A stretch of DNA of 64,000 nt, taken from assembly GCA_964016885.1 (NCBI GenBank), contig OZ024740.1, forward strand, positions 56,544,001 to 56,608,000. Direction: 5' to 3'. This document shows, piece after piece, positions 1 through 14,159 of this stretch. The DNA is from Eledone cirrhosa. Taxonomy: Eukaryota. A model generated the notes under the pieces. The model was given only the letters and a program-made list of their open reading frames with translations. It did no database searches and was not told the DNA's origin. How positions within the stretch are numbered: the stretch's first letter is position 1; each line of letters opens with the position of its first letter. The position numbers and the translations under genes are program-made.

Positions 1-363
1 GGGGTGGATCTTATAAAGCAGCGGACGAGTTTCGATCTTATTACACCTCCTTAGCGAAGCCTATTCTATACAGTTAGCAACACAATGGATGATCAATCTA
101 CATATGTAAGGTCTCACATAGGTCATATAGTGAGTTGAACGTCATTTGGTTAAATAAGACTATCCAAGCAAATTAGTTACCAAAACACACTCTAAAGAAG
201 TTTAAATCCTAAAACAAAAAATAAGAAACGCAGATAAAGCTAGTAATACCAAATTATCAAAATTTTGGACAATATACGCAATGTAGATAGTCGTCGATAA
301 GGTGTTTTCCCAGAGAAATATATTTCTAAATTCATAACCGGCTCCATTGCATTCCATCTACTT

Positions 364-587
<224 letters not shown>

Positions 588-789
588 ATTGAATATATAA
601 GAGAGATAAACACATATATATATACATATATGTGTTCAAATCGTATGGGACCAGACTGGTTAATCTGTGTTTATCTGTGTTTATCTCTCTTTTATATTCA
701 ATTATATTACACGGCCCGGAAAACTTTTTTGCTTGTAAGATATTATTTTATAAGAGACTATTTTGAGTTTCTAACTCAATATATACTTT

Positions 790-838
<49 letters not shown>

Positions 839-1515
839 GATATCAACTGTAAGTTGTGGGGTTTATTCTGCATGAAGAACTCAATGTAATCCAAATGTTG
901 AAAATGTTGTAGGTTAAGATAAATCCAGGAAAACAATAAAACATTAAAAGGAAAACAGTCATGATATAAGTTAAAACAATGAAATAAAAAATCAAGTCAT
1001 TAGAGATATACTTCACTGCTTTACGATCGTTTCTAGGTAATGATAATAGATTGTAGCTATACTTCGTTATTGATCCATGTAAGCTTAGTTACAAAATAAC
1101 AGATAAAGAGAATATTTACTTACATGCATATCACCAGCTGTTTTCAAAAGCAATAATAATTTTATTCAGAATTAGTAGTATGTTAGTATCTTGTCGTTAT
1201 TTGGAGGTAGTTGAAAAACTAACCAATCAAATTGTTTTTTTCATATGATGTTAAGATGAAAAGTAATTCACTTTAGTTGAGGTCATGACCCTTTGAAAGG
1301 AATGGTTGAATGGTGTTAATAGTAGAATTGCCATAAACAAATCTATTAGGAGGAAAGGGATTGTCAAATTGATATTTGAATGTATCTGGTATAGTGGAGT
1401 TTAAAAGGAATGTAAAAATAAATGATGATTAGTGTTGTATGGAGTTTTTAGGTGAATATAAATTAAGGTCATGGCTAGGAAAGATAGTATATTAAAAGAT
1501 GAAAATTATAATAAG

Positions 1516-1700
1516 ATAATTGTTTCTACATTTGGCACAAGGCCATCAATTACCCAGTACATTACTGGTACTTTATTTTATCGACCCCGTAAGGATGAAA
1601 GGCAAAGTTAACCTCGGCGGAATTTGAACTCAAACCGTAAAGGGACGTAACTATGCTGGAAAGCATGGCGTCCGACCCTCTACCAATAATGCCAATCCAC
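1516..1700 (-). mobile_element. tRNA-derived SINE (family A), in the left pLTR arm only
   Basis: A-box/B-box-like head (GAGTTCAAAT), central CTTTGCCTTTCATCCTTACGGGGTCGATAAAATAAAGTACCAG (Meta/MESC-like), ATT tail; absent at the matching right-arm site ~6460. Confidence 0.88.
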
Positions 1701-2156
1701 AGTAATGCAATAATATAATATAACTAACACAATATAGTACGGTGTGGTAAATTGTACTTAGTATAATACAGCATATGATACGCTCTAAAATAATATCAAG
1801 TATGTTTATGTATAAATAATCAAACTCAGATAAATACATGTTGACATAGTCAAAACGTATAAATTTCATAGATCACACTATAATTAGAGAGGTATAGTTA
1901 CATTGATACCCAACTAAAAATATACATACGCATAAATAGATGGAAATATAAATACACATTTACGCATGTGCACATAATCATATACACATATATTTATACA
2001 TATCTATATTTACACATACACACCTATACCCACATATATATATATATATATGTGTGTATGCACACACTCATACATGTACACCCACTCATATATTTCACTC
2101 ATACACATATACTCACATATACACACACACAAACACACATATATATACACACACAC

Positions 2157-2440
<284 letters not shown>

Positions 2441-3299
2441 TATATATATATACATATACACAAATATATTCCCATATCATACATACATACATAGATATAT
2501 ATCTACTCATGCAATTACGGGTGGTTGTGTACCTTGTTGCCTTTAGTCATTAAGACATAAACCTAAGGAAGCTAAAACATTAAAAGGTAAAAGATAAGCA
2601 TGAATGCATATAATTAGGGGAAAGGGGAACTAACAAATGTTACTCTATATAGAATTATAATGAGTTGCTGTTTAGAATATTTAATTAGGTTTATAGTATT
2701 TAAATGTTCTTCGTATACGGTGATTACAAACTATAATCAGTTCCTGTCTTTTATTTAATAAATCGTCCTTAAATTTAGTAATTTCCAAGGTCTCCCCTGA
2801 ACATAATCTACATTCCCTCCTGTTCCCAAGATATGGAGTTCTTTGTAGAATGGTGTTCCACGATAGCTAGAAATCTATTTTTTTCTTTTTATAATTATTT
2901 ACTGCTTCAGCTAAAGATGTGGTGTTAGCTAGTTTAGTATTGTTAAAACTACTAGAGTGTGAGTAAAATCTTTTCTTATATGTGTTTGATGTCGATCCTA
3001 TATATGTTTTGTTGGAGTCTGGAGTAGACACAGTGCATTTATATATTACATTATTAATCAAACAGTTGCCATTTAAGGGGCAAATGCTTCTATTTCTGCA
3101 ATTACAACCATACGTAAGATGGTTGTTGGGGGTGCCTATACTATTCTCATTAATCCTTGAGCTATTCCTATTGTAATTAATGTTAGCAGGAGAATGAAGG
3201 TTCCTTTGTGGGTGGTTTGGCGCTAGGGTTGTATTGTTATTTTGTGTTCTGGTGTTTTTGAGTTGGTGATTTGGGTGGTTGTGTTTTCCAGGTTGTAAT

Positions 3300-5710
3300 A
3301 TTCAACTTGAACATTTTGAGAGCGCCCTACTGAACATGATTAAAAACATAAAGTTTAGAAAACACAAATCAGAATTCCAAAAGGGATTAGACTCTACCTT
3401 TCTACAACTGAACAATTCAAACAAGGTCCATGTCCATTCTGACAAAACTGGTAATCTGTACCATATGGATATCGATAAATATAACCAGTTCATATATAAA
3501 TAACTTAGAAAAAAACTATAAGAAAGCAAATACCACCGCACTGACATCCCTGAACAACATATCATGTGATCTAGTAAAAAAGCTCCAGATTGAAGATAGG
3601 ACTGAGCCTTTCACGCCTAAAAGCCCGCACTTCAACCTGAAAGACCATAAATCTGACTTTAACTCGAACCCATCTATTAGACTGATATGCCCATCACAAT
3701 CTGATATCGGTAATATCAGCAAAAAGATTATTGATCGTATCTTTCCGCAAATTAGAAAATTTGTAACACTTCCATTATGGGATAACACTTCCCAAGTTAT
3801 TGAATGGTTCACTAGCATTGAGAATAAAAACTCAGCTTCATTCATTCAATTCGACATCGATTCTTACTATTCTTCGATTTCTCCAATTCTTTTAAATAAA
3901 GCACTGATCTTCGCCAGAAATAGATCGGATTTATCTACTGAGGAAATCAACATCATAACTCACGCTAGAAAAACCTTACTAAACTTCCAAGAAGAATACT
4001 GGACAAGAAATACATATAACAACTTATTCGATATTACGATGGGATCCATGGACTCTGCTCAAGTTACAGACCTCGTTGGACTATTTCTCCTCTATAATAT
4101 TCATTACTCTTTTCCCCACCTCAAATGTGGTCTTTATCGGGATGATTGTCTATTGTTATCTAACAATCTTAGCAATTCCAATATAGAGAAAAACAAAAAA
4201 CAAATTAGAAAATTCCTCAAGGACTATTACAGCCTTAGCATCACTTTTCAAAACACTTCAAAAGTAGCTAATTTCCTTAACGTTACCTTAGACCTCTCTA
4301 CGAATATTTATCAACCTTACCACAAACCCAACCAGAATCTACACTATGTACATTCACGATCTAACCACCCTGGCTCTCTACTCAAGAACTTAGTATATAA
4401 CATATCTCTTAGACTTTCTAAATTATCTTCCAATGAAGATATATTTTATAATAATGCACCCTTCTACAACGAGGCCTTAACTAGAAGTGGATATAAAGAA
4501 AAAATCTCATATATCCCCAACACTACTATGGACCAAAATATAAAACCCAGCAAAAACTACAAACACCAAAAAATACCATTGAAACAAATACCTAAAGGGG
4601 TTATTCCTATTATACCAAACATCCGAACACCACATCAACTATTACTACACGATCTATGACCAATGTTATCAACCCACATATGAATACCAAGCACTCAAAA
4701 TCTCATAATCTACCCAATAATAACACCAAATACAACCACGGTAATTTACCAAATTCCACAAATACGGATATTAACCATAGGAATTCTTCTAGAACACAAC
4801 ACAATGATATAAGTGGTAATAAAAACTTAACTAAAAACCGCAAAAGAAACATAACATGGTACAACGCACCCTTCAACCTGCACACTATTGGACAAATCCC
4901 CAAAAGATTATTTGAAATTCTATATAAACATTTTACACCAAACCACAGATACCACCAAATATTTAACAAATATACTATTAAATTCTCATACTCTAAATCA
5001 AACAATCTCCAGCAAAAAATAAGCAACTACAATATTTATAAACTTAAAGATAATATGACTACACCACCACAACATAATTTAAATAGGACTGCACCTTTTA
5101 AAAATAATACAATCCTTCAACCTGGAAAACACAACCACCCAAATCACCAACACAAAAATAACAGAACACAAAATCAAAATACAACCAAAGCAACCTTCAT
5201 TCTCCTGCTAACATTAATTACAATAGGAATAGCTCAAGGATTAATGAGAATAGTATAGGCACCCCCAACAACCATCTTACGTATGGTTGTAATTGCAGAA
5301 ATAGAAGCATTTGCCCCTTAAATGGCAACTGTTTGATTAATAATGTAATATATAAATGCACTGTGTCTACTACAGACTCCAACAAAACATATATAGGATC
5401 GACATCAAACACATTTAAAAAAAGATTTTACTCACACTCTTGTAGTTTTAACAATACTAAACTAGCTAACACCATATCTTTAGCTGAAGCAGTAAATAAT
5501 TATAAAAAGAAACAAATAGATTTCAAGCTATCGTGGAACACCATTCTACAAAGAACTCCATATCTTGAGAACAAGAGGGAATGCAGATTATGTGCAGGGA
5601 GACCTTGGAAATTACTAAATCTAAGGACGATTTATTAAATAAAAGACAGGAACTGATTATAGTTTGTAATCACCGTATACGAAGAACATTTAAATACTAT
5701 AAACCTAATT
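3300..5710 (+). pseudogene. Naiad RT + GIY-YIG endonuclease ORF, frameshifted
   Basis: SDKTGNLY, LKDHK..F...PSIRLICP, FIQFDIDSYY, GLYRDD, FLNVTL, SNHP, RKRNITWYNAPF, CNCRNRSICPLNGNC, VIY..YIGST, C-terminal CRLC. Confidence 0.92.
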
Positions 5711-6063
5711 AAATATTCTAAATAGCAACTTATTATAATTCTATATAGAGTAACATTTGTTAGTTCCCCTTTCCCCTAATTATATGCATTCATGCTTATC
5801 TTTTACCTTTTAATGTTTTAGCTTCCTTAGGTTTATGCGTTAATGACTAAAGGCAACAAGGTACACAACCACATGTAATTGCATGAGTAGATATATATCT
5901 ATGTATGTATGATATGGGAATATATTTGTGTATATGTATATAAATATATATATATATGTGTGTGACTGTATGTGTGTATATATATGTTTGTGTGTGTGTA
6001 TATGTGAGTATATGTGTATGAGTGATTATATTTGAGTGTGTGTACATGTATGAGTGTGTGCAT

Positions 6064-6141
<78 letters not shown>

Positions 6142-7012
6142 GTATAGGTGTGTATGTATAGATATAGATATGTATAAATATATGTGTATATGATTATGTG
6201 CACATGCGTAAATGTGTATTTATGTTTCCATCTATTTATGCGTATGTATATTTTTAGTTGGGTATCAATGTAACTATACCTCTCTAATTATAGTGTGATC
6301 TATGAAATTTATACGTTTTGACTATGTCAACATGTATTTATCTGAGTTAGATTATTTATACATAAACATACTTGATAGTATTTTAGAGCGTATCATACGC
6401 TGTACAATTTACCACACCGTACTATGTTGTGTTAGTTATATTATATTATTGCATTACTGTATTTCATTATCTTATAATTTTCATCTTTTAATATACTATC
6501 TTTCCTAGCCATGACCTTAATTTATATTCACCTAAAAATTCCATACAACACTAATCATCATTTATTTTTACATTCTTTTTAAACTCCACTATACCAGATA
6601 CATTCAAATATCAATTTGACAATCCCTTTCCTCCTAATAGATTTGATTATGGCAATTCTACTATTAACACCATTCAACCATTCCTTTCAAAGGGTCATGA
6701 CCTCAACTAAAGTGAATTACTTTTCATCTTAACATCATATGAAAAAACAATTTGATTGGTTAGTTCTTCAACTACCTCCAAATAACGACAAGATACTAAC
6801 ATACTACTAATTCTGAATACAATTATTATTTCTTTTGAAAACAGCTGGTGATATGCATGTAAGTAAATATTCTCTTTATCTGATATTTTTAACTAACCTT
6901 ACATAGATCAATAACGAAGTATAGCTACAATGTATTATCATCACCAAGAAACGATCTTAAAGCAGTGAAGTATATCTCTAATGACTTGATTTTTTATTTC
7001 ATTGTTTTAACT

Positions 7013-7090
<78 letters not shown>

Positions 7091-7246
7091 GTAGACCTAT
7101 AATATCAATTCCTAAAAGAGAGTAGAAAAATATACTGATAGAGTGTATTTGCCAGCTTTACAGAGAAGGGTACCTCAGTAGTGCTTATGTCAATGCTTAT
7201 ATCATAAATAGTTAGTAATAAATTTAAGAATAAACAGAGTATGCAC

Positions 7247-7618
7247 ATTCAAAAATATTAAAGGGAACACAATCTTCTTACATCAACTAATAATGTTTAA
7301 TCTCTTTCAAATGTGTCATATGAACTATGACTTCGAATCATTCAAATGTTGTTTGAAAGTTCGTCTTTTTCGTTATCAAAAGACTAAATAAATGTGAAAT
7401 CATCCACTTCAGAGAGATACAAAAAATCTTAACGAATTTTTGTATCTCTCTGAAGAGAATGAATGCGATCTGAGACTCAATTTGTTTTTTGATAACGATG
7501 AGTTCGAATATTCAAATATTTGACTGATTCGAAGTCGCAGTTCATATGAATCATTTGTAAGGGATTAAAAATCATTAGTTGATGATAGAATATTGAGTTT
7601 CCTTGAATAATTTTGAAT
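7247..7618. mobile_element. foldback/MITE-like imperfect palindrome (~370 bp)
   Basis: Centre ttcagagagatacaaaaa/tttttgtatctctctgaa; outer arms catatgaactatgacttcgaatca/tgattcgaagtcgcagttcatatg. Confidence 0.75.
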
Positions 7619-7782
7619 ATAAACGTAATGAAGACCTAACAAATCATTCTTTTTATTATTAGTATTACACTCTGCTTAGTATTATACCTCTATACTTACT
7701 GGAAACTACGCATCGAGTGCTCACTCAGGTGAACCAACAGTAACGACGGTACACTCCCTAAATATATATACATGTATATATA

Positions 7783-9311
7783 CAGTGCCCCGCAAAAGTT
7801 TACAACACTTTAGGAAAAATGCGGTTTTAGGTATTTTTAATAAAGTTAGGGTAATGAAAATTTAACTACTGATAGAACATATAATGAGGCATTTAATGAT
7901 ACAATCATATTTTTTAAAAAATAACAAGGAAATAACTCATGAGGAAAAATCAATATTTTTATAACGCAAAGCTTTACAACACATTTATTAAACCATCTCT
8001 TAATATTTCGTAGCTAACCTTTGTTGCTAATTACAGCCTGTAGGCGTTTGGAGTAGCCTCCTACAAACTTCTTGCATGTTTCTTGGCTAATATTTTTCCA
8101 TTCTTCACAACAAATTTTCTTTAGTTCAGGGATATTTTGGGGTTTCCTTTTTTGAATTCTGAGTTTCAGTTCTCTCCACAAATTTTCTATCGGGTTAAGA
8201 TCTGGAGACTGACTTGGCCATTTTAGAATATTTATTCCATTCGTACTTAACCAAGATTGTGTTAGCTTTGCAGTATACTTTGGATCGTTATCTTGTTGAA
8301 AAAACCAAACTGGCTTTAAGCTGAGAGAATGTGCACTTTGATGTAAATTCCTTTGCAAAATACCTCTATAATAAGCGCCATCCATTCTTCCTTCTATTAT
8401 TTCAATATTTCCTACACCTGTCGCACTAAAGCAACCCTAGACCATGACTGATCCACCTCCAAATTTTACAGTTGGAATAGTATCTTCAGCGAATATTCAG
8501 TACCTTTCTTTCTCCAGACTTTTGCCACAGTATTTCGACCAAAAAGTTCAATTTTTGTTTCGTCCGACCAAAGTACATCTTCCCAAAATGATGCAGGTTT
8601 GATGAAATGCTCATTTGCAAAGTTTAATCGACGAAGAACGTGTTTCCTCGTAAGAAGTGGTGTTTCCCTTGGAGACCTCGAGAAGATATTATATCGACGA
8701 AGTGAACGACTAATTGTATCTGTGCTCACTTTTACTCCACTTCCTTCTAGGTCATCCTGAAGATTTTAATGAGTACACCGGGGTTCGTTGCCAACCTTTC
8801 TCGTCAATAACCGAGCTGCACGTTCCGTTATCTTTCTAGGACGACCAGAACTAATTAGAGGACAGATGGAATGATGAGATTTCCAGTGACGAATTATAGT
8901 ACCAACTGAACTCAATGGCACATTTAACTGACAAGATATCTTTCTATAACCAACACCATTTGTATGAAGGTCTACAATGCGTTTACGGAGGTCTTGATCA
9001 ATCAGTTTATTTTTCCCCATATTGTCAATGTTTACAGGACGGATGTCAATGTTTACAGGATGGTTGTCAGACAAATAATGACGTAATGTTTTTAATTGTC
9101 CTTAGAAGTTACCTTAAACCTAATCTAGAACATTCTACTGAATTTTAAATCTGATAATTTTATAATTTTCTTGAAAAAAAGCGATAAATATAAAATGTGT
9201 TGTAAACTTTTGCGTTATAAAAATATTGATTTATGAGTTATTTCCTTCATGAGTTATTTAAAAAAAAAAATGATTGTATCATTAAATGCCTCACTATATG
9301 TTCTATCAGTT
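7783..9311 (-). mobile_element. Tc1-family DNA transposon, IR/DR type, one TIR truncated
   Basis: TA|CAGTG end at 7783; ~200-bp TIR with repeated cgcaaa-tttacaacac motif; partner TIR 9193-9311 lacks its outer part. Confidence 0.92.
8014..9020 (-). pseudogene. Tc1 transposase (DD34E), frameshifted
   Basis: MGKNK, GYRKIS, SGRPRK, WSDETKIELF, FQQDNDPK, SPDLNPIENLW; 34 residues between second D and E; split over at least 3 ORFs. Confidence 0.93.
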
Positions 9312-9489
9312 ATGTGTGTGTATATATATGTGTATATATGTGTATATATATGTGTATATATATATGTATATATGTGTATATATGTGTATATATATGTGTA
9401 TATATATATGTATATATATGTATATATATGTGTGTGTGTGAATGTGGCGAAGATAATACGTCAGCAATGACGTGATGGTCATAATGTCG

Positions 9490-9545
9490 TTATGCAGACA
9501 GCCAGGCACACAGACAGATATTATAAGGGCGCGACGGAGATCGAC
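9490..9545 (-). mobile_element. fragment of the Helitron-like family at 31.6-33.2 kb
   Basis: gcagacagccag..cagacagatattataagggcgcg matches 33050-33180. Confidence 0.5.
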
Positions 9546-11039
9546 AACCGAAATCGCTGAGATCAATGCAGTCAATGTTTTGAATAATTGAAGGTTGACG
9601 GCGATAGGGAAAATGTTGTATGGCCATAACATAATTCCAGGGAATCGAAGTTCCGAGAGGGAAGGAATGGGCGAAGAGTTCAGTGCGAGTCCTAAAGCAG
9701 GTGACGTTATCGGCCCGGAGTCAATAAAATAAAGTCCTTGACAAGTACTGGTTTCTATACAATCGATTATATTCCACTCTCAAAGTTTAAGCTACTGAGC
9801 TTATGTAGGAAATCAATACCATTTCTTTACATTTCTTTCTTTCCTTTGTTATGGCTTAGAGGAGAAAGGAAGACCCCTTTAGCTTTTGGTTGAGTGTCTA
9901 TGTCTGATGAGAGAAAGGAAGATCTTGATATCCTTAGCCCGAAGACAACCTGGACTGAATACTTATAACAAAATGCTTACAGAAAACATTAAATCGCCAT
10001 GAAGTGGTGATAAACCGAGCGATAGGTTAGCTTTACCACCATTAAACTCAATAATCCTAAATATTTGAAGAAAATGGGATATAAGGGTTTCTTCTCTGAA
10101 ACAAGGGTATATTTATAGTTAAAGGTGGTGGCCTAGTGTGGCCACAATCAGAATCGAAATTACATATGGGCTAAATTGGCCATGGTTAAGAGGAGACCTC
10201 ATCTCATTTGAAATATATATTACAATATCGATTGAAATATGGATTAAATTATAGCTATTGAACACATTTTTGTCAAAATTGTGAATATTATAATTGTTGA
10301 TACATTTCTTTTCTTCTTTTTGTTTTTCGAGGTTGGTATTGATCGATGCTGGAATTTCAGCACTGTCCTATGTGTAAGCCTACATTCATCAATTTACATT
10401 AAGTTTATTGCGAGCAGGTGCTGGTTTGCTTTTTCTAGAAATGTTGGTGAATAGAGAAAAAATGTTAAGAGTAATATATTATCAACATTTTTCTCGTGGC
10501 TTTTATCCGAGGAGAACTGCCACTACCCTTGATATCGTTGTGGTCTGATAATCTCATAGAAATATTCTTAGCAAGATTATTAAATATATTCATAGGATGT
10601 TTGGTATATTTGTGGATGGATTGTAGAATAGTTTCATAGGGATATAGTAAAGTCTTATACGGAAAACATAAAGACCCCTTGTTGATTTAATCCGGTCCTG
10701 ATCACAGTACAATAACTGAACCCATTAAAAGAATGTGAAAGTGAGTAAAGAATAAAATCTTTATATTAATTCAAGAAAATATACATTTTCTTGGTTTCGT
10801 ATCAACGTTTCATAATAGACGTTTTATCTTTTCTTTTTTACACTAAAGCAGAAATTAACCGGATCGTGCTATTATTTTGTAATTTCCTCCCTTGACTTTC
10901 TTGAAGGCATTTAGTTACACCTATCAGTATAAACACGCAGCAGTTGTAAAACAGAAAGTCGCGTAATTTCTCTAATCTAAATTTATCTCTGCTTCGCTCT
11001 CCCATTGCTCCCTTTACTTCGTTCTTTCTTTCATTTACC

Positions 11040-11062
11040 TCTTTCTTTCTTGTTTTCTTTTT

Positions 11063-11101
<39 letters not shown>

Positions 11102-11155
11102 GTCATTCTTTCTATCTTTCTTGCATTCTTTCTTTCTTTCTCTTCTTTCTTTCAC
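11040..11155. repeat. (TTTC)n microsatellite
   Basis: Directly visible. Confidence 0.9.
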
Positions 11156-12330
11156 TATCCCACTCCTTCTATGCCTTCTTGCCGCACCCTTCTCATAGTT
11201 TCACTCGGCTACTGACATATTTTGTTTTTGTTTTTAGCCAATGAATACTGCAATTAAGTTGTGTATTGTTACCGTCAGAAGTTTTGTGTTGCCGACAATT
11301 CAACAAAATACTATTTGTTTGTGGATTTGAAATCTTCAAAACAATCTCACTGATCAACACTTCGTACAACAAACGTTGAACTGCGTGCTTATGCCGTTCT
11401 TCACAATATCCTGTTTGTCATCTAATACTCATTACTAGCGGATTGATGTTGTTTATATATATCCAGATATAAAGAGAGAGAAATATATATATATATATAT
11501 ACTTAACACTCAACACGCTATAATCACACAGAGAATAGTAGGTAAACCGTATATTTATCTTTGTTGTTTTTATTAGTATTTTATTGTTTTTCTTTATATT
11601 GTTTTCTTAACATCACACTTCTATTCAGCAGTATAAGTTAATATATAATATAATAAATACGCTAATCATAATTTATTTATTTATATGGATTGAATTTTTT
11701 ATGAGCTACGTGCCCTCTCGGTATACCAGAAATAGCAGCCAAATCTCCATTATGTTCACAGCCTACAATCTGAAAAAGGAATAAGGATAATAATAGTCTT
11801 ACATATACAAACATGTGGCATGGTCACAGTTGGAACGGCTATAATCACGGTCTGTCTCAGTCAGAGCTTATATAGGGGTTGGGCTATACAATAACAACAG
11901 TAACAACTTGAACACATCATCATCATCATCATCACCAACAACAACACCACGATCTGCTACTTAGCCTATTCCAACCATGCTTAATTAAGAAATTAAATAT
12001 CTGAAATTATCTTCTTTATTATGAAATCATCACCAGCATCATCATTATCATCATTACATTCGTTACTTTTTATTACAATGTTACTCTGTGTGTGTGTGTT
12101 TTGTTGTTTTGCTTTTCTGTCGCTGTTGTTATTTAGCACCAGACCAGCTCTGATCTCGTACTCTCAGGACTTGAATAATCCTCCCCCACCTCTGCGCTTA
12201 TTCATTTTTAGGATTCTTCCAACCACCCAGATTTTATTTTAACCTTACCACGCTAATTAAATTTTGCTAACTTATCTCCAGCGAAATTTTATTTTAAGTG
12301 ATTAATATCAATACAGCAGCTGGAGAATAT

Positions 12331-13342
12331 AATAATTGTTTCTACTTTTAGCACAAGGCCAGCAATTACCCAGTGCATTACTGGTACTTTATTTTATCAA
12401 CCCCGTTAGGATGAAAAGGCAAAGTTAACCTCGGTGGGATTTGAACTCAGAACGTAAAAGGCCATAACTCTATGCTGCAAAGCATGATGTCTGACGTTCT
12501 ACCGATACTGCCAATCCACTACCCAGATAATAATTGTTTCTACTTTAGGCACAAGGCCAGCAAATAATGATTTCTCATATAGGCACAAGGCCAGTAATTT
12601 TGGGGGAGGGGAAAGTCGATAAACGTGACAGGTATTTTATTTTATCGACCCCGTAAGGATGAAAGGCAAAGTTAACCTTTGGCAGGATTTGAACTCAGAA
12701 CATAAAGGGCCATAACTCTATGCTGCTAAGTATGGTGTCCGGCGCTCTACTGATACTGCCAATCCACCGCCATGATAATAATAATTGTTTCTACATTTCT
12801 ACATAATAATTGTTTCTACATTTGACACAAGGCCAGCAATTATCCCAGGCATTTTTGGTACTTTATTTTATCGACCTCGAAATGATGAAAGGCAAAGTTG
12901 ACCTCGGCGGGAATTGAACTCGGAGAGCAGAGAGCAACAATGAATACCGTCAAGCATTCTATCCGACGTTCTAACCACTCTGCCAATTCGCCTTGACAAT
13001 AATAATTGTTTCTACTTTTGGCACAAGGCCAGCAATTATCCAGTGCAGTACTAGCACTTTATTTTATCGACCCCGTAAGGATGAAAGGCAAAGTTAACCT
13101 TGACGGGATTTGAACTCAGACCATAAAGGGCCGTAACTCGATACTGCCAAATAATAATTGTTTCTACTTTTTGGCACAAGGCCAGCAATTATTCCAGTGT
13201 ATTTCTGGTACTTTATTTTTTCGACCCCGTAAGGATGAAAGGCAAAGTTAACCTCGGCGGGATTTGAACTCAGAATGGAAAGGGCCGTAACTCTATGCGT
13301 CAAAGCATGGCGTCCAACCCTGTACTGATACTGCCAATTCAC
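12331..13342 (-). mobile_element. head-to-tail cluster of about 6-7 SINE-A copies and fragments
   Basis: Repeated aataattgtttctac..ggcacaaggccagcaa..atcgaccccgtaaggatgaaaggcaaag..tttgaactc units. Confidence 0.9.
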
Positions 13343-13381
13343 TGAAATAATAATGTTATTTTATATTTAAATAAACATTAT

Positions 13382-13558
13382 GATTGGCAGTATCGATAGA
13401 GGGACGCCATGCTTTCCAGCATAGTTACGTCCCTTTACGGTCTGAGTTCAAATCCCGTCGATGTTAACTTTGCCTTTCATCCTTACTGGGTCGATAAAAT
13501 AAAGTACCAGTAATGTACTGGGTAATTGATGGCCTTGTGCCAAAAGTGGAAACAATTA
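13382..13558 (+). mobile_element. SINE-A, inverted relative to the adjacent cluster
   Basis: tggcagtatcgataga..gagttcaaatccc..tggccttgtgccaaaagtggaaacaatta. Confidence 0.9.
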
Positions 13559-13720
13559 TATATGACAAAAAAAGAACATTACAAGAAATCCCATATTTAC
13601 AAATGTACACTGTACAATTACCGATTCCGCCCCCTGTTTATTCCCCACTTAGAAGAATTTAAGCAAATGTCCACCCATTCCCTCTTATTCCACCCCCTTA
13701 TTATTTGGGACCCGAGAGTA
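13555..13720. repeat. MITE-like repeat; inverted related copy at ~17430-17570
   Basis: atatgacaaaaaaagaacattacaag.aatcccatatttac and ttatttgggacc occur in both, in opposite orientation. Confidence 0.55.
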
Positions 13721-13960
13721 TATCTATGACCACGTGTTTCAACTATAACCATATAATCTATCTTTTTTTTTTCTTTACTGTTTTTTTCGGACATTGTATG
13801 TTGAAGTATCTTTTACGATGCGTTAATGTTTTTTTAAACGGTAGGATGTCATTTAAGAGTAATTCGGCTACTATTTTTTGCATAGTAGTACTCTTGTAAT
13901 TTGTTGTTTTATTTAATGTTGCTCTATTCAATTTATAGAGAGACGTTACTACCTCGAATA

Positions 13961-13990
<30 letters not shown>

Positions 13991-13997
<7 letters not shown>

Positions 13998-14159
13998 ATG
14001 TTAAACCCCGACGGCAGAGCTCAAGCCGTTTCGACGGCTATTTCTCGTCCAGAAATAGCCGTCGGGGTTAAATATTTTCCTATTACCTACTCTACTACCC
14101 TAAGTATTGAGTACTCTGGTGCGTTATGGTCCATCTGGTTCCTTACCACACTTCCTTCG

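Noticed and set aside
4650-4665. TGA ending the Naiad RT ORF as possible selenocysteine (known in some Naiads)
   Set aside because: It lies in a low-complexity linker, homology resumes in another frame, conserved Cys codons are TGT/TGC, and no SECIS was recognised
12331-13342. CRISPR-like repeat array
   Set aside because: Units are SINE copies in eukaryotic DNA; no unique spacers or cas genes
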